The notes under the pieces: generated by a model | Database searches by the model: none | What the model was told of the DNA's origin: nothing | Seen by the model: only the letters and a program-made list of their open reading frames with translations | Part shown: one piece after another, positions 1 through 12,951 of the stretch | Layout: each line of letters begins with the position of its first letter | How positions within the stretch are numbered: position 1 is the first letter of the stretch | From: Eremomyces bilateralis CBS 781.70 | Taxonomy: Eukaryota | Assembly (NCBI GenBank): GCA_010015585.1 | Contig: ML975154.1 | Reading direction: 5' to 3' (one strand) | DNA: 64,000 nucleotides | Made by a program: the position numbers and the translations under genes

Positions 1-227
1 CTAGGGAGGCTTCCTCGTCACTGCCATCATTAAGAAGATGATAATCAACTCTCTCGGAGCGAAGACGGCGCTTCCCAAGAGACATGGATAAGTCATCCAT
101 ATTAAGAAAGAAGTTGCAACATATTGATATGCTTTGTATCTCTTAGAGCTCAAATCCTCTAGTTGGAGCATGTTGGGTAAACAAAAGTCGCGACTGCTGG
201 GCATTCATTCATTGGCTCGGCTTTTGC

Positions 228-366
228 CGAATAAGTCTTGGCATTATTTACGAATATTCGCGAATAATACGAATAAAACGTCTCGAAATTTAGTCGAATA
301 CGAATAATCGTTCCCAGGGAAAAGTCGAATACGAATAGCCAAAATCCTTATTCGTGTCCAGCCCTA
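228..366. mobile_element. Probable terminus of a DNA transposon (hAT-like); the element extends off the left edge of the window
   Basis: Dense cluster of CGAATA/TATTCG short repeats in both orientations that ends abruptly at ...TTATTCGTGTCCAGCCCTA (reverse complement starts TAGGGCTGGACACGAATA). A TAGGG terminus with subterminal repeats is typical of hAT ends. The partner TIR and TSD are not visible. Confidence 0.5.
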
Positions 367-1127
367 ACGAGGAGGCCATAGTTAGAGAGGATGGAATGAC
401 ATGAGGTGTTTTGTAATTTAATGAATTGGCTGGCTTCTAAAGCTTGAACTTCAGAATGAATGCAAAGATGGCAAGGGAGCATGAAGTAGAATATTGTAAT
501 GAATCCACACTGAAAATGATACGGATACCTATACAAACCTTGGCCAAGCTCCAGGTAATTACAGCCCTACCAAGTAACCGAGAAACCCTACGATCTAATT
601 GATTTTAAAAAATATATTTCGTCGAAGACACAGCACGTCCGAGTGACCGAGTCACTCAACATTGCCTGTCCTTGCCACTCCCTACTGCCTCTGCTAGGCA
701 AGATCTGTAGGGTCTCTAGGGTCACCTTTGGCCAGTGTTCCACTGATATGAGCCTCATTAGGGTTTGCTTTGGCGATTACGCTGGGTAATTATCAATATT
801 GAAGAGTATTTTTAAGTCATAAAAGTACGATTTTTCATACTTGGCCTGCTAGTCCTTAAATTTGGGTCTTTGGAATGGACGAAATTGGTGGCGGCGGGTT
901 GTACTAGACACTCTCCTCCAGCCTCGGGAAACGGAGCTTTGTATTGAATAACTCGACTCAATGAAAGGATGAAGAAAATGAAATCCGGTAATACCGTAAG
1001 AAATGGCTGGGGGTTTGGAAGCCGGAGATACGCTTCAGGCTTGTCAATCCCCTTCCTCCTGCTCATCTCTCCTATCCGTGTTTCCTCTCATTTCCAGAGT
1101 CAATTGCCTCCTACCTGCAGGTGGATA

Positions 1128-1539
1128 TCATAATTTCCAGGCCTGAGATTCTCCTGTTATACTAAATTCCCGTTCCAGTGCCACTAATACCTCATCGGCC
1201 CAGATGCCATAGTCGCGGACTGGAAGACCACGATGCAATTCCAGTTGCACGCGCCTGACTTTAGGGAGTGTATGCGTCAACGCAAAGGACTCGAAATTGG
1301 CGTGCCTGGGTCTGGGCATCTGAAAGACGAATTTCTTATACAAAAAGCTACGAGCGTCTTCAAGGTAGAAATTTCGGCGTTTCGCGTACTCCATGTCCTC
1401 GGAAAATCTCTACTGCGTGGTAGAAGTCTCCTTGCACCTGGTACTCGCCTTCCGCAGGGACTAGTGTGATGCCGACATGGTTTTCCTGACCCTGGTCTTG
1501 CTCGAAGTTGATGTGGTAGATGTTGAATAACCTAGCCAT
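1128..1539 (-). pseudogene. Frameshifted small fungal protein (resembles DUF6540-like proteins)
   Basis: ORF 1360..1572 (MARLFNIYHINFEQ..NHVGI..GDFYHAV) and ORF 1128..1394 (MEYAKRRNF..RSF..RDYGIWADEVL) join by one frameshift near 1400 into a roughly 135 aa protein. The NHxxI / FYHAV / MEY / RDxxxW..EVL pattern matches the family as I recall it. Confidence 0.45.
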
Positions 1540-2307
1540 TACAAATGGGAGAGTATGGCACCCGGATTCCAAGTTATGCTCGCACGGAAGTATAAAAAAC
1601 GGCTAGACTTCTAGAAGCCGGAAGACTTGGAGGAAATGCTCTGTGATATTATGAAGGTTTAAAGTGTTTTACAATTGTAATATAAAAATGTAGGACAACA
1701 TGAAGTATCGGACTTTTATAATACATGCCTAGGAGATATTAATTCGGTTTAGTCATGAATGCCATCTTCCAGTTGAATAGCTCTTAACTACTCATATCCA
1801 ATGTTAGGTTAATCGAGTGGGATACAGCAATACCACCTCGTTTGTAAAGAGGACCAATTCCTGGTTTAGTGAATCCAATGAGATTAGTTACCAATTGCTA
1901 CCACCAGCCTCCTGTTTACAGAGCTGCTAACAGTGAAACATAAAACAGAGGAGAAGGGAGTGCTCAAACAGTAACAGTGACGCAGAAGGAAGGCAGAAAA
2001 GAAGGATAGAAGGACATGAACTCCGTGCTTTATCAATCATGCGTATCTAAATGACATGGTCCGAAAGCCCGTCGCGAGGCCAGCATCCCAACAGCTGGTA
2101 ACTTTGGACCAAATCATAGGAATCATGCCGCCATATCATCTACGACTGACACAATTTGGTTCCGCGGAGAAAGGAGAGAATGTTCACGGATGGAAGAAAG
2201 GAGTTGGGGGAGTTCATCGATTCATTCATGGGTAGTTGGGCTACTGGAAACTCCTCGATCTCAAACATCCATTTCACGAATAGTAGTTCCATTAAGGCCG
2301 TCAAGAT

Positions 2308-2378
2308 GACTCCTCATCCCGTAAAGAGCCAAGGCTCCTGTCTGGGCGACTCCTCATCCTGTATAAAACCAAGGCTCC
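2308..2378. repeat. Imperfect direct repeat, 2 x 31 bp with 40 bp period
   Basis: GACTCCTCATCCCGTAAAGAGCCAAGGCTCC (2308-2338) versus GACTCCTCATCCTGTATAAAACCAAGGCTCC (2348-2378), 4 mismatches. Confidence 0.8.
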
Positions 2379-3076
2379 CGTTCGCTTGGTGGGAGCGGTC
2401 GCATCCAGTGTGAGTCAATACCAAGATCTGCAATGTCGTGCTCAGCCTTGACGCATCTTGGAGGGGGGGTGTGGGGTTCACGCATTCTGCAAGGGTTATA
2501 TAGAGAAGTTGGACCACATGAGGGTAACTATGGCTAATCTGATGAACCTGTAATAATATGTTCTACACTTGTTCAAGCGATGGATACCGTACCATAATCA
2601 AAGCGCATGGTTGGCGTTGATGTTGATGTTGAGGACTTGAGTTTTAACAGGGGCTGCCTCCGGGGGGGACGAAATTGAGTTACCTTTCTTGCCATTCCCC
2701 TATGCACAACTCCCACGATCTTAACCAGAACGCGGCGGAGAATTCACCAAAACAGACCTCTAGTAGTTGCTTAGTTAGGAAAAGAGTATACTTTTTGGTA
2801 TTATGCTGTTTTTGAGCGAATTGGGCCTGCCTGTGATGGTGGTGATGGTTGGGGGAATGCCAAGAAACGTAACTCAATTTCGTCTCCCCCGGAGGCTGCA
2901 CAGGCACTGGCACAGGCATGGTCGTAAGGCAACAAGGCAATTAAATAAGGCACCAACATTCCATCAACAGATGTATCAAGCGGCCAGTAAAGAAATCTAA
3001 AGAAGTTCCCAATCTTGAGCTCAGTCCTTCGCAGAAGATTTATTTGAATTGAAAAGATTATCTCAGAGTAGACAGT

Positions 3077-4058
3077 ATGGCAGACGACCAGTCGTCCAGA
3101 AGACCCGTGGTGTTCTTCGACATCACGCTCGGAGGTACGTTAACCAGCAATCTTTAAACCTACTATTTCTCCAAGTCTGCGGCACAGAATATGCCATCTT
3201 TATATTATCATCCGTTTCTTCTATTTGCTTTATTTGTTCTATTTAATTCAATTCAACCAACAAGTCCCGTTCCCTTTGTTTTACTCCGGCGCCGTCGGGC
3301 GTTCAACCATGCCATCTCAGGTTCATTCCGACATCCGACTAACATCCACCCAGGCGAACCCCTCGGCCGCATCAAGATCGAGCTCCTCAGCGACATCGTC
3401 CCCAAAACTGCTGAGAACTTCCGCCAATACTGTGTCGGCCAACCGAAAGACTCCAGCGGCAAGCCGCAGGGCTACAAGGGGTGCAAGTTCCATCGCGTGG
3501 TGAGTCCCTCTTCCGCCGCTCACTCTAGCGCTTCATGGCTGCGTGGAACGCGATGCCTGGTGGGAATGAATAGGAAGTACTGACGAGGGGGCGTTGGGTA
3601 GATCAAGAACTTTATGATCCAGGGTGGGGATTTCTTGAATGGGAATGGGACGGGGTCGACGTGTATCTACGGGGGAAGGAGTTTTGCGGATGAGAACTTC
3701 AATGTTAAGCATACGGAGCCAGGGCTGTTGAGTATGGCGGTAAGTCGATCTCTACTCCATATCATACCACGTTCTGTACCCTGCAACTACGCTACCCGCT
3801 CTCTGGATAGGCGATCGTGAGGTGAGGTTCGAAGGGAATGCATGCTGATATGATATCCCATAGAACGCGGGCAAGGACACCAATGGCTGCCAATTCTTCA
3901 TCACCACGGCAGCGACGCCGTTCCTGGATGGCAAGCACGTCGTGTTTGGGCGGGTGGTGGACGGGATGGATGTGGTGATGAAGATCGAGCACTGTCGGAC
4001 GACGGGGGAGGATCGGCCGGTGCAGGATGTGGCGATCAGTCAGTGTGGGGAGATGTGA
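3077..4058 (+). CDS. cyp3: Peptidyl-prolyl cis-trans isomerase, cyclophilin H type (U4/U6 snRNP-associated); exons 3077-3134, 3354-3499, 3602-3739, 3864-4058
   Basis: Spliced translation gives [102 protein letters not shown]. All three introns are GT-AG and keep frame. NGCQFFIT and the QCGEM end point to the PPIH subfamily. Confidence 0.93.
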
Positions 4059-7000
4059 GAGAAAGGGGGTTTATGCGGAAAAATGCTTCGTGGAACGGTT
4101 TGATCGTGCTGGATTGCGCGTCGTTGGTCGGGGAGAACCAGTTGTGAAGGGGAGTTTTAAGTACGGCTCAATCCGCGCATATTATAACTAGGGGATATGG
4201 TTATTACACTGATACCCTCCATAGGAAGGAATTCATGGATCCATGCCATGGTGGTGGTAAGACGATTTGAAGGACCATATGCACCTTTCCCTACTATATA
4301 AAGCAACATGCAAATACCCACCAGCATCCAGCCAAATTCCTTGACTAAAATTAAACCTATACGACCATCAACCGCCACCCAGAACACAAACCAATTCCCA
4401 AACACGAATCCACGCCGCACCTCCTCCATCTATCTATCTTGGCTAGCGGAGTAGTGCGGCTGGTTTTAATATATCAGCGACAGGGGCCTGTGCAACGCCT
4501 CGAAATAGATTCCCTGGACGGCCCGTAGGACGGTACTGCTAATCTTCGGAAGCCGGCATCGTTGGAGTTCTTGGAGGTCAATTTGCGTGAGCAGGATTGC
4601 GCGGGTTGCAATGGGAGTCTTGGGTTCCTGGATGGGGGTAGGACTGGTGCGGATGACGAGCGGTCGTGGTATATGGCGACAACCATTGTATGCCACCAAC
4701 CGGGTTGCATTACCTGAGATGTACTATCGTATAGTACCTTCGATATTCCCTTTCGAGTGGGCAGTCTCTTGGAACCGCGTGTCTTCGTCTAGTCATCCCT
4801 CGCCGATCACCACTTGTGACCTTTCTCCTCATTCGGGATCATTCGAGGGTTGTCGACAGCCTGAATCGGGGAGAGACTAACATGCCAGCGCCGATCGGGA
4901 CCAACTGAAGAAACGCATGCGGCCATAGGCGGGAATAATGAACGTTAGACATGAGTGACTACGGGAGTACAAGATGAAAAGTCAATGACCCTGGCATGCT
5001 GCTCTCCCAAGACTCATCCTCCACCTTTCCCTTTTGGCACATGCGGCAAGGGCAGGTTAGGGCTCTAAGGGCGTTGCCAAGGAAGATTGACAGGTTTTAA
5101 AGATTCAAATGCCTCATCGAGCTCCCTGATAGCACCAAGGAAGCCAATAAGAAGCGACGAGCGAGGAGCGAGGACGGTAATCAAGCTTTTGGGATTTTGA
5201 AGGATGACCATTGACCTATATCATAGTGCATAACTGGATTGGGATCGATCTGAAGGAAAAAAATAGAAAGGATCAATGGCTTGGGGATGGACTTTTTCGT
5301 CGTCGTTGATCCGCATGGACGGTTTCCTGAACGGGGGATATAGTTTGGGCTAGCCACGACGGCACGAGTGACACGACAGACGGGGGATCATCGAGAGGCC
5401 ATATGACTTAACAAAGAGAACCCCTCAAAAGTTAAGCTTCCCATTCTCGGGCTATCATTCCTGCGATCTATTTCCACACCTTGGTCAGTGGCAGTAAATC
5501 AGTACGTATGAGAGCTTCCTGATGTACAGGCGACTTCGATGAGTAATGGTAGTGCTTTCGGTCGAGTTCACACCGCTGAAAAGTCCATATCTTGATTCAT
5601 GACTTGGAGTATGTATGCTGTCATGCTGTGTTGGCCCCAGCCACTCCAGGAGCCTTCAGGATAGGCGGATGGAGAAGGCGGGAGGTTAGTGAAAGCTTGG
5701 TTTACGGCCTACAGGTCAATCGGCCCAACATCAGGCTATTGCGGGGACGGTGTGTGCAATCGTCAGGAAGGTCGGGGCAGGTTGTGGGAAATGTCGTGGA
5801 GTTTTCCCGATGGTACTGGAGCGCAGGAAGTTGGACGATCAACTAAGGTATGCAGAGACAATCCGGTATAGAGGCACAGTTGAAGCCTGTCTTTACTATT
5901 AAGGCGCTGGGATTGACGGGGAAGGTGATAACCAGCGCCTTATCCCAGACGTCGATGTGATGCAGCTTTAGATTGGATGCAGGATCGCGATATTTGTCAA
6001 GGGGCGCGGCCGCGCCGTGTTTCCCTCCCCCTGGTGTACGAACACAACCAATGTTTCTCCAGATTCCCCTTTCACCGTTGGATATGCTTGGAGTGTTATG
6101 GGTAACGAAGAGTAGACTTGCTTCAATGGACCAATACACAAGCCGGACGAGAAATATATATTATGTAAGGTATGGATAATGGGATGGCAAATTCAGATGT
6201 TGGTGACCTTCCTGCTTCATGGGTTTGTCAAAGTGTCAGGCATGTCCGATGGTGATTGGCTCCATTGAATGCGAGGGGACGAGTAACTGTGGATAGTAGA
6301 TGGCTTTAATAATAACAATACTAGGAGGATGGATACATTCCCGTGCAGAATCTTTAGCCGAAAGAGGAAATTAAAAGGTTAGCATTGAGCACAGTAAGGG
6401 AGTTTTACCTCTTGGCTGGCTTTTAGTCAGCAAGGGACAATCTTGAAACCGGGTTTTCTAAGTGATTGAGTTGCCGAACGGGGTTCTCCTGTGATTTTCC
6501 CTTGCCTTTCTGTTCCATGTGCTCCATCTATTGCCGCAAGCCGGTGAAGCCCAGAATGCGGCCTCTTGGTTAGAAACTCGCCCACCCGCAACCTCCAATC
6601 CGCCATGAAATTCGCCTCTCACATCCTCCCACCAAGTGAACCAACCTGCATAAGCAATCAACAATCGTAGTATCGTATTGTCATAACACCTTACATCAGG
6701 GCTCTTGGCATATTCTCTCTCAAGGCGCTATCTCCGCCTCCCCATAGCCGGCCACTCCCTTATCCACCTTCTTGAACTTCACTTTATCTGTGGTTGTCCT
6801 TTCACTTCTACATCACTTCGGCATCTAGTTCGCGATCCCTTCTCCAACCGTACGGCCCTCTGCGTCATTTGCATGACCTCGTCCGAAGTCGATGCCAACC
6901 AGTAAAGACGTTCTGACTTCCTGTTGCTTTCTATGGTCTGGAATCCACCACCGGTACCACCGAACGACCACACCGCACACCTTCCGCCGATTCAGATGAA

Positions 7001-7246
7001 TCTGGAGTCTCAGCTGAGACGTGTCTGACCCACGGCGTTTGAACAAAACCAGATTCACCCTGCAAACGCCTGCAACGTCTGCGCGGGAACCCTCGCTTTT
7101 GATGGGTAATAGTCCGATTGCGAACTGTGGTTGCAGCCCTTCCTCAGCAGCCGACCCTCCCTCGCTCTCCACCCCAACCGTGTTTCCTGGATCCTCATCG
7201 AGGGCTCGACCGATGATACGAATGATTCGCATAAGCTACCGTTAAC

Positions 7247-8925
7247 ATGTCGTCTTCCATCTCCGGTACGGCCATAACCGGGCCAACGCCCTCGCCCTCG
7301 CCATCCGCATCGCAGGCACCATCATCGTCCGGCGGCCCTACATCGTCGCCGTTGCTGTTCTTCGTTGCCCTGGGCTTCGGCGTGGTCTTTACCAATCTTT
7401 GGTATGTTCCGATTTCTCCTCTCCTCGAGGTTCTACCTCTCCTGGAGATTCTTAGTCTCTTCTTACCTGATCCTCCTCGTTTTGTCGCCGGTGTTGAGGA
7501 AAGCCCGCCCGTCATCTTTTGCATCCACGGACTATATCTTCATTTCCATCTTCTTCCTAAATCTCGCAGTGCAAGGACCGACTCTCTCTTGACATGTGGA
7601 GTTTGATACTGACAATTTTATGAAGGATCATCGTCGGAGTGAAATACTGCTTCCGATACAACCAACGAAACCGACAACTTCGCCAAGGTGCGGATGGCGA
7701 ACCGATCGACCTCACACAAATGCCACGACCACATCGTAGACGGCGGGAAAAGAAATTGATGACGATGGACGAGGTAAACGAACGATTCCCGCGGACCAAA
7801 TATAAAACATGGCGATCTGCGCGAGAATCGGAGGGCCTTCCTGCCGCTGGAGGCATCACGACGGCACCGCCTAGTCGCGCCGCGAGCATCAAAGAGATCG
7901 AGACGTTGCATTCGGATAACCGTGGATCGGTTGATTCGGCTCGACCAGGAACTGCAGCTGCCCGCCCTTCCACCGAGACGCCATCATCACCTATCGCTGC
8001 ATCTTCCGAACCGGATCCACCTACCGACTCTGTAAAACCTTCCTCTCCCGACAAGCCGACCGCCACGACCACCACAACGACCACCACTGTCAGCGACCCT
8101 TTTCCAACTCCCTCCCCCACCTCCGTCCCCGCCACAAAAACACCCACCACCACCCCTGCCCCTGAGAAACCCACCCCCACCCCCACCCCCACCCCCATCC
8201 CCACCGACCACGACCACGACTCCGACCTCTCCGACGACTCCGACCCGCACACCGCCCCCATCACCGATCTTGTCCCCGGCGACTCCTGCGCCATCTGCCT
8301 CGACTCCCTCGACGAAGACGACGACGTCCGTGGCCTCACCTGCGGCCACGCCTTCCACGCCGCCTGCCTCGACCCCTGGCTCACCTCCCGCCGCGCCTGT
8401 TGCCCCCTCTGCAAAGCCGATTACTACGTCCCGAAGCCCCGCGCCGACGGAACCCTCCCGGGCTCGGATGCTACTGGTGCGGCAGGGAACGCGGGGGCGA
8501 CGCCGGCGGTGAGGGTGACGGGGTTGGCGGCGATTCGGTGGGGGTTGCCGACGGATACGTGGCTGTCGCGCTCGGGAAGGCCGGTGGCGCAGCCTGGGCA
8601 TGGCGGCGGTGGGGATACGCCCACTGGACGGAGGAATCGGGCGCTGGGGCGGCCCAGCCGTCACAGTCGGAATAACAACGGCGGAGCACCGGCGACTGCG
8701 GAAGTTGAGGGAACTGAGAATGGGAATGGCAATGGCAATGGGAATGGGAATCCGAGTAGAAGGTGGAGAGCTAGGTTCCCAACGGTGCGGGTCCCAGCGA
8801 ACGTTCTAAGGAATCCGTTGGCGAGGCGGAGGGGGCCTGAGGGGGCGCCAGCGGAGGGGGAGGTAACGCCGGGGAGGCTTGAGGCGGGACAGAGGGGGGT
8901 GCCGCGAGCAGAAGGAGCGTCATGA
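7247..8925 (+). CDS. Single-pass membrane RING-H2 finger protein (putative E3 ubiquitin ligase); exons 7247-7401, 7626-8925
   Basis: N-terminal SSPLLFFVALGFGVVFTNLW|IIVGVKYCFRY hydrophobic segment spans a GT-AG intron. Also RRRREKKLMTMDEVNERFP and the RING-H2 CAICLD..LTCGHAFHAACLDPWL..CPLCK. Confidence 0.93.
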
Positions 8926-9795
8926 GCATGCGCATGAGGCATGATCAGCACGAATCTTGGGATTTCTTGGATCGCGGCGTTTCTCCATCGCAGCCGGGCA
9001 TTATTCAGGTCTGGTCACCTTGCTCCACTCCACCACGAAGATTCGACGCTCGCACGTCGCGCTCTTTAATGGTCTTTGTCCTGTCGGACCGCGTCACGTC
9101 GGGGTTTTCATGCGTTGCTCATTCGGTTCGAGCTCGGCATTACTGGTCTGGCATGGTTTCCTTTTAGCTCCTTTCTCGCTTATGACGTCTCCCCTTCCCC
9201 TCCACACATTCTCGATGGGTGAGAGCCGTTGAAATATGCTGTCCGGCCGCTTGTCGCAGTTGAAATCGACACCCTCTTTACCAAACCTCCTTCCCCTCGA
9301 TCCGTCCTTCTCAGCGGTCATTCATACTTAGGATGGACGGATGGACGGGATTCTCTTCACGTATATGATTCTTGCACGTTTCACGGTGCATGGGGACGGG
9401 AGCGGTTCGGTGCTCCCCGGGGGATTTGTACGTATGGATGGATGATTTGACATGCACGGATGGATGGGATGCGCTATGGGATAGCGCATGCAAGCGAATT
9501 TTGAATCAATGGATGTTTTGAATCTGTCCCTTGAACTATGATGGTTGTTGATGATGATGATGATGCGCTTGCTGATATCGTACATGAGAGAAAAGCTAAC
9601 CATGCGCAAGTGGAAAGCAGAATGTCAATGTGATTAAGAGGATCCGGTCCTCATATCCAAGCGCCATGATGCTATGCTATGCAAGAAACGAGAGATGAAG
9701 CAGCATGACGATCCCGATCCCAACCGTCGCCGAACGAATGCTGCAAAATACTAATATAATATTCTCAATGTCCTCAATTCACACCCCTGCGATCG

Positions 9796-11268
9796 CTACG
9801 CCCACGCCCCCACCACGCTCATCGCCACCGCCCCAAACACCACCATTGCCAACGCCATTGCCCGCCTCCGCCCCTTCAACGCCTGATAGCTCTCCGCGCT
9901 CAAAAAGTCCTCTGCCACCAACGTTACCAAGCCCGAGAACAGCAGTAGCCCCGACGAAATGGCGTTGCTGATCCCCAACAACAGTAGCCCTGCCTCCGAC
10001 TTCGGATCGAACGCGGCCGCATCCTCCCCTCCCTTGCCGCGCTGCGCGAACGCTACCAGTAGCAGCCCGAAGAACTGCCCCAGTGGCACGGTCATCCCGA
10101 AGGCGAGGCACATGAAATACGGGGTGATCTTCCCGAGGTTGAGGATGCCGGGGATGTAGTGCAGCTTGGTGGAGACGGGAGAAAAGTCGAGGCTGGCGAT
10201 GCGGGAGCCGAGGGCGAGGCCTTCGAAGGTTTGGTGGAAGGCAATAGCGAGGAGGAGGACGGCGAAGGGGGCGCCTGAGGTAAGGGAGAGGGAGAGGCCG
10301 ATGAAGATGCTGTGGAAGAGGATGCCGGCTTCGAGGAGGAGGACTTGGAGGTGGGAGGTGCGGGAGTTGGGTTCCGTGTGGGTGGGGGTGGAATTAGTGG
10401 GAGATAGGGGGTCGGATTCGTTGAGGGAGTGGCCGGAGGTGCGGTCGGATTGGAGGGATTCGCAGGGGGAGGATAGCGGGTGGGAAGCGGAGGCGGATGC
10501 ATCGACGAGAGATCGTGCTGAAGGGATGGAGATGTTCAGAGGGCGTCCGCGACGCTTCTTGTCTTTCTTCCGTTTCCTCCGGTCTGTACTCGAACGGGAT
10601 GACCCATCTCCAGGACCACTCGGATTCAGCGCCTCCGCCTCTTCCTCATCCGACGGTCCGTTCGGTAACACATCAAACTCAAATCCCAGCTCTCCATGCG
10701 CATGCTTGTGCCCTGCCCCTTTCATCGCAAACCACATCTCAATGCCAACGACCACCATCACCGCCACCATCGCGATCAGCCCTGCCATCTCCGGATACTG
10801 CTGGTTCCAGAATCTCGGCAGACATGGATCTGTCAGGCTGATGAATGCCGTGGGCAAGAGATGCACGAACGCTGTCGCCACCAGCACTCCTGTCCCGAAG
10901 TGCCGCGAGAGGAATAGGAATTGATGCGGGACCGGAACCCTGGGGAACCGCCGGCAGACGATGGGGAAGGCGCAAGCTAGCGTGCTGAGGATGAGAACGA
11001 GTACGAGCGCCGCGATGTGGATTCCGGTATCGTAGTTCGCTGTCTCGACGCCGGAGCCGCATGTGGGCTTGGGGGGAAAGGCATCTTGTCGACGGGAGAG
11101 CTCGGCCTGGAGGAGAGTGGTTGGGATCGTGGTCCATTCGGGCTTCGAGTTTCCTGCCGAAGTCAATAGGTAACTAAACTAGTCGCGCAAGGGGATGTTG
11201 GGATGACGCAAATTCTCACGAGGAGAGGTGTGGATTAGTGGTAACTTACTTGGCGAAACGTCGTCCAT
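9796..11268 (-). CDS. ZIP-family zinc/iron permease; exons 11268-11250, 11153-9796
   Basis: RHFGTGVLVATAFVHLLP, a His-containing loop (HKHAH), LLEAGILFHSIFIG, FHQTFEGLALG and a C-terminal MSVVGAWA. The upstream mini-exon MDDVSP splices in frame (GTAAGT..CAG). Confidence 0.93.
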
Positions 11269-11482
11269 GATGGAGATACAACTATAAGCCGCTCCTGCGG
11301 CAATTGCGGCACCAGTCAAGGCTGGTATTAAAGTTGAGTGGCGCCGATATCAGGATTTTCATGCTGTTGGAGGATGGCGAAGACCGGGGTCCCATTTGAG
11401 AGAAATAATTGAATGTTGAACGAGTAGTGATGGGGTTATGGAGTTATGGAACGATGTTGGAGATGTGAGATATAAATTTGGA

Positions 11483-11837
11483 ACCTTGAGGAGATGTTGT
11501 CTCAGTTGGGACTCAGACGGGATCTGCAAGATGGTTGTGGCGGTGCAGGCATCTTTCAGATGCCGTCTGAGGGCCTTTTGCAAGCATTTTGGTGGGCGCG
11601 TAGGTCAGAGAGCGGGTTCTTTTACCATTTACCTAGCCCAGCGTAAACTTTTGAGTACTGAAAATTAATATAGTTGACTGAAACGGCTGGAAACTCTGAA
11701 AACTTCAACTACGCGTCCACACAAATCTTACAAATGGACCTCAGACGGCATCTAAAGATGCCTTGCCTGCACCGCCACATTATAGTCACGTGCACCATCT
11801 GAAGAGACCCGGAGGTTCCTCCATCAGGCGACAAGGT
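11483..11837. promoter_or_regulatory. Two candidate zinc-responsive (ZafA/Zap1-type CAAGGT) cores in the ZIP upstream region
   Basis: ACCTTG at 11483-11488 (in ACCTTGAGGAG, close to the yeast ZRE ACCTTNAAGGT) and CAAGGT at 11832-11837. These are short motifs and could be chance. Confidence 0.35.
11536..11779. repeat. Imperfect inverted repeat (about 70 bp arms) upstream of the ZIP gene; possible MITE or foldback relic
   Basis: Left arm TGTGGCGGTGCAGGCATCTTTCAGATGCCGTCTGAGGGCCTTTTGCAAGCATTTTGGTGGGCGCGTAG aligns with the reverse complement of the right arm, TGTGGCGGTGCAGGCAAGGCATCTTTAGATGCCGTCTGAGGTCCATTTGTAAGATTTGTGTGGACGCGTAG. Confidence 0.8.
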
Positions 11838-12951
11838 ATTAAGGCAGGAAGCCGCGATCCTCCGATCCTAGTTATATCGACTCGCTCATCTAACTATCTC
11901 CTTCAACTAACTAGTTACAGGTAGTTATCCATAATAGCCGAGAAGAAAGTACGGCACCTACGTCATCAGGATGGAATCTGCTACCACCATGGACTCAACA
12001 ATGGGCTTGTATCTGGCCGTTAACTTGTGGCCTTATGCAGCAAAGTTCTTCCAAAGAAACCGTTGAATGATTGTAGGTAGCGAGGTATGTTGCCTCGTTG
12101 CCAGCTAAATCAGCACCAAACTAGTTAGCAGCACTTTGGATGGCATGCGAGATCCATCTCAAAATCCCTTCAGCCCTAAGACTGACTGATCAGACTATCA
12201 GAGTGATCACTGGTCAGAGCCAGAATCCTACAAGTCGGAGTTGCTCCTTTCGACTTGCCCTCGGCTAGCCTTGCCGATTGCAAGGCATGTCCAACACATC
12301 AGGAATTCAGGATCCTTCCATCCGGCATGCAGCTTCACCCCGTAGCTCGCCCCATGGAGCCCTACGCCTCTGGTGGATACAGCTTTGCATGCGGAAAAAC
12401 GTGGAAAGAGAAAGTAGCTATGCTCCCATTGGCGTTGAATCACCCCAGTACATCGCTACTGCGTCAACCGCTTCCGTTTATTGCGGTTGCCGTTCCGCTG
12501 CTGACGAAGCGGCACTAGAGGGGGATCGAATTTACCCAATGGGTGGACTTCCGTTTACTTATCCATATCCGAAATGCATGATCGCCAATTTATCCCGACA
12601 TGTCCTATCCGATCCTAGATCTCCCTACGATCGTTAGGGCGTCGATGCATCGAATTATTCTTGAGGACGGCTATAGTTTCTCGACTTAGCGCTGACTGAT
12701 ACCATTCCAATTGGCCTTGTCCTGAATTGTCAGTTGCGTTCGTGTTGGTTCGCCCCTTGTGGGTCTTGCATTGGGGCAGTGGATTTTACTCACAAGGAGT
12801 ATTGCGGCAATACCGTGGCTTCAACGACAGAGACAATTACGTTTATTACCAGAAGCAATTGCGTTTATGACATTAATATCCATTTCACTGCCGATCGGAA
12901 CTGGAAGTGTTCTGTTCTACTCCCCTAATACAGGATTTTTTGGTTGGAACC

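Noticed and set aside
4157..6180. Several 60-100 aa ORFs between the cyclophilin and RING genes
   Set aside because: No motifs, consistent codon bias or splice model could be found, so they are treated as chance ORFs.
8060..8240. ACC/CCCACC and GACCAC repeats
   Set aside because: They are low-complexity coding sequence (poly-Thr, Pro-Thr, Asp-His) inside the RING gene.
7557..8664. Long antisense ORFs over the RING gene (also 10166-10924, 21635-22819, 43089-43997, 29467-30423)
   Set aside because: They are shadow or alternate frames of GC-rich, codon-biased real genes and have no recognisable motifs.
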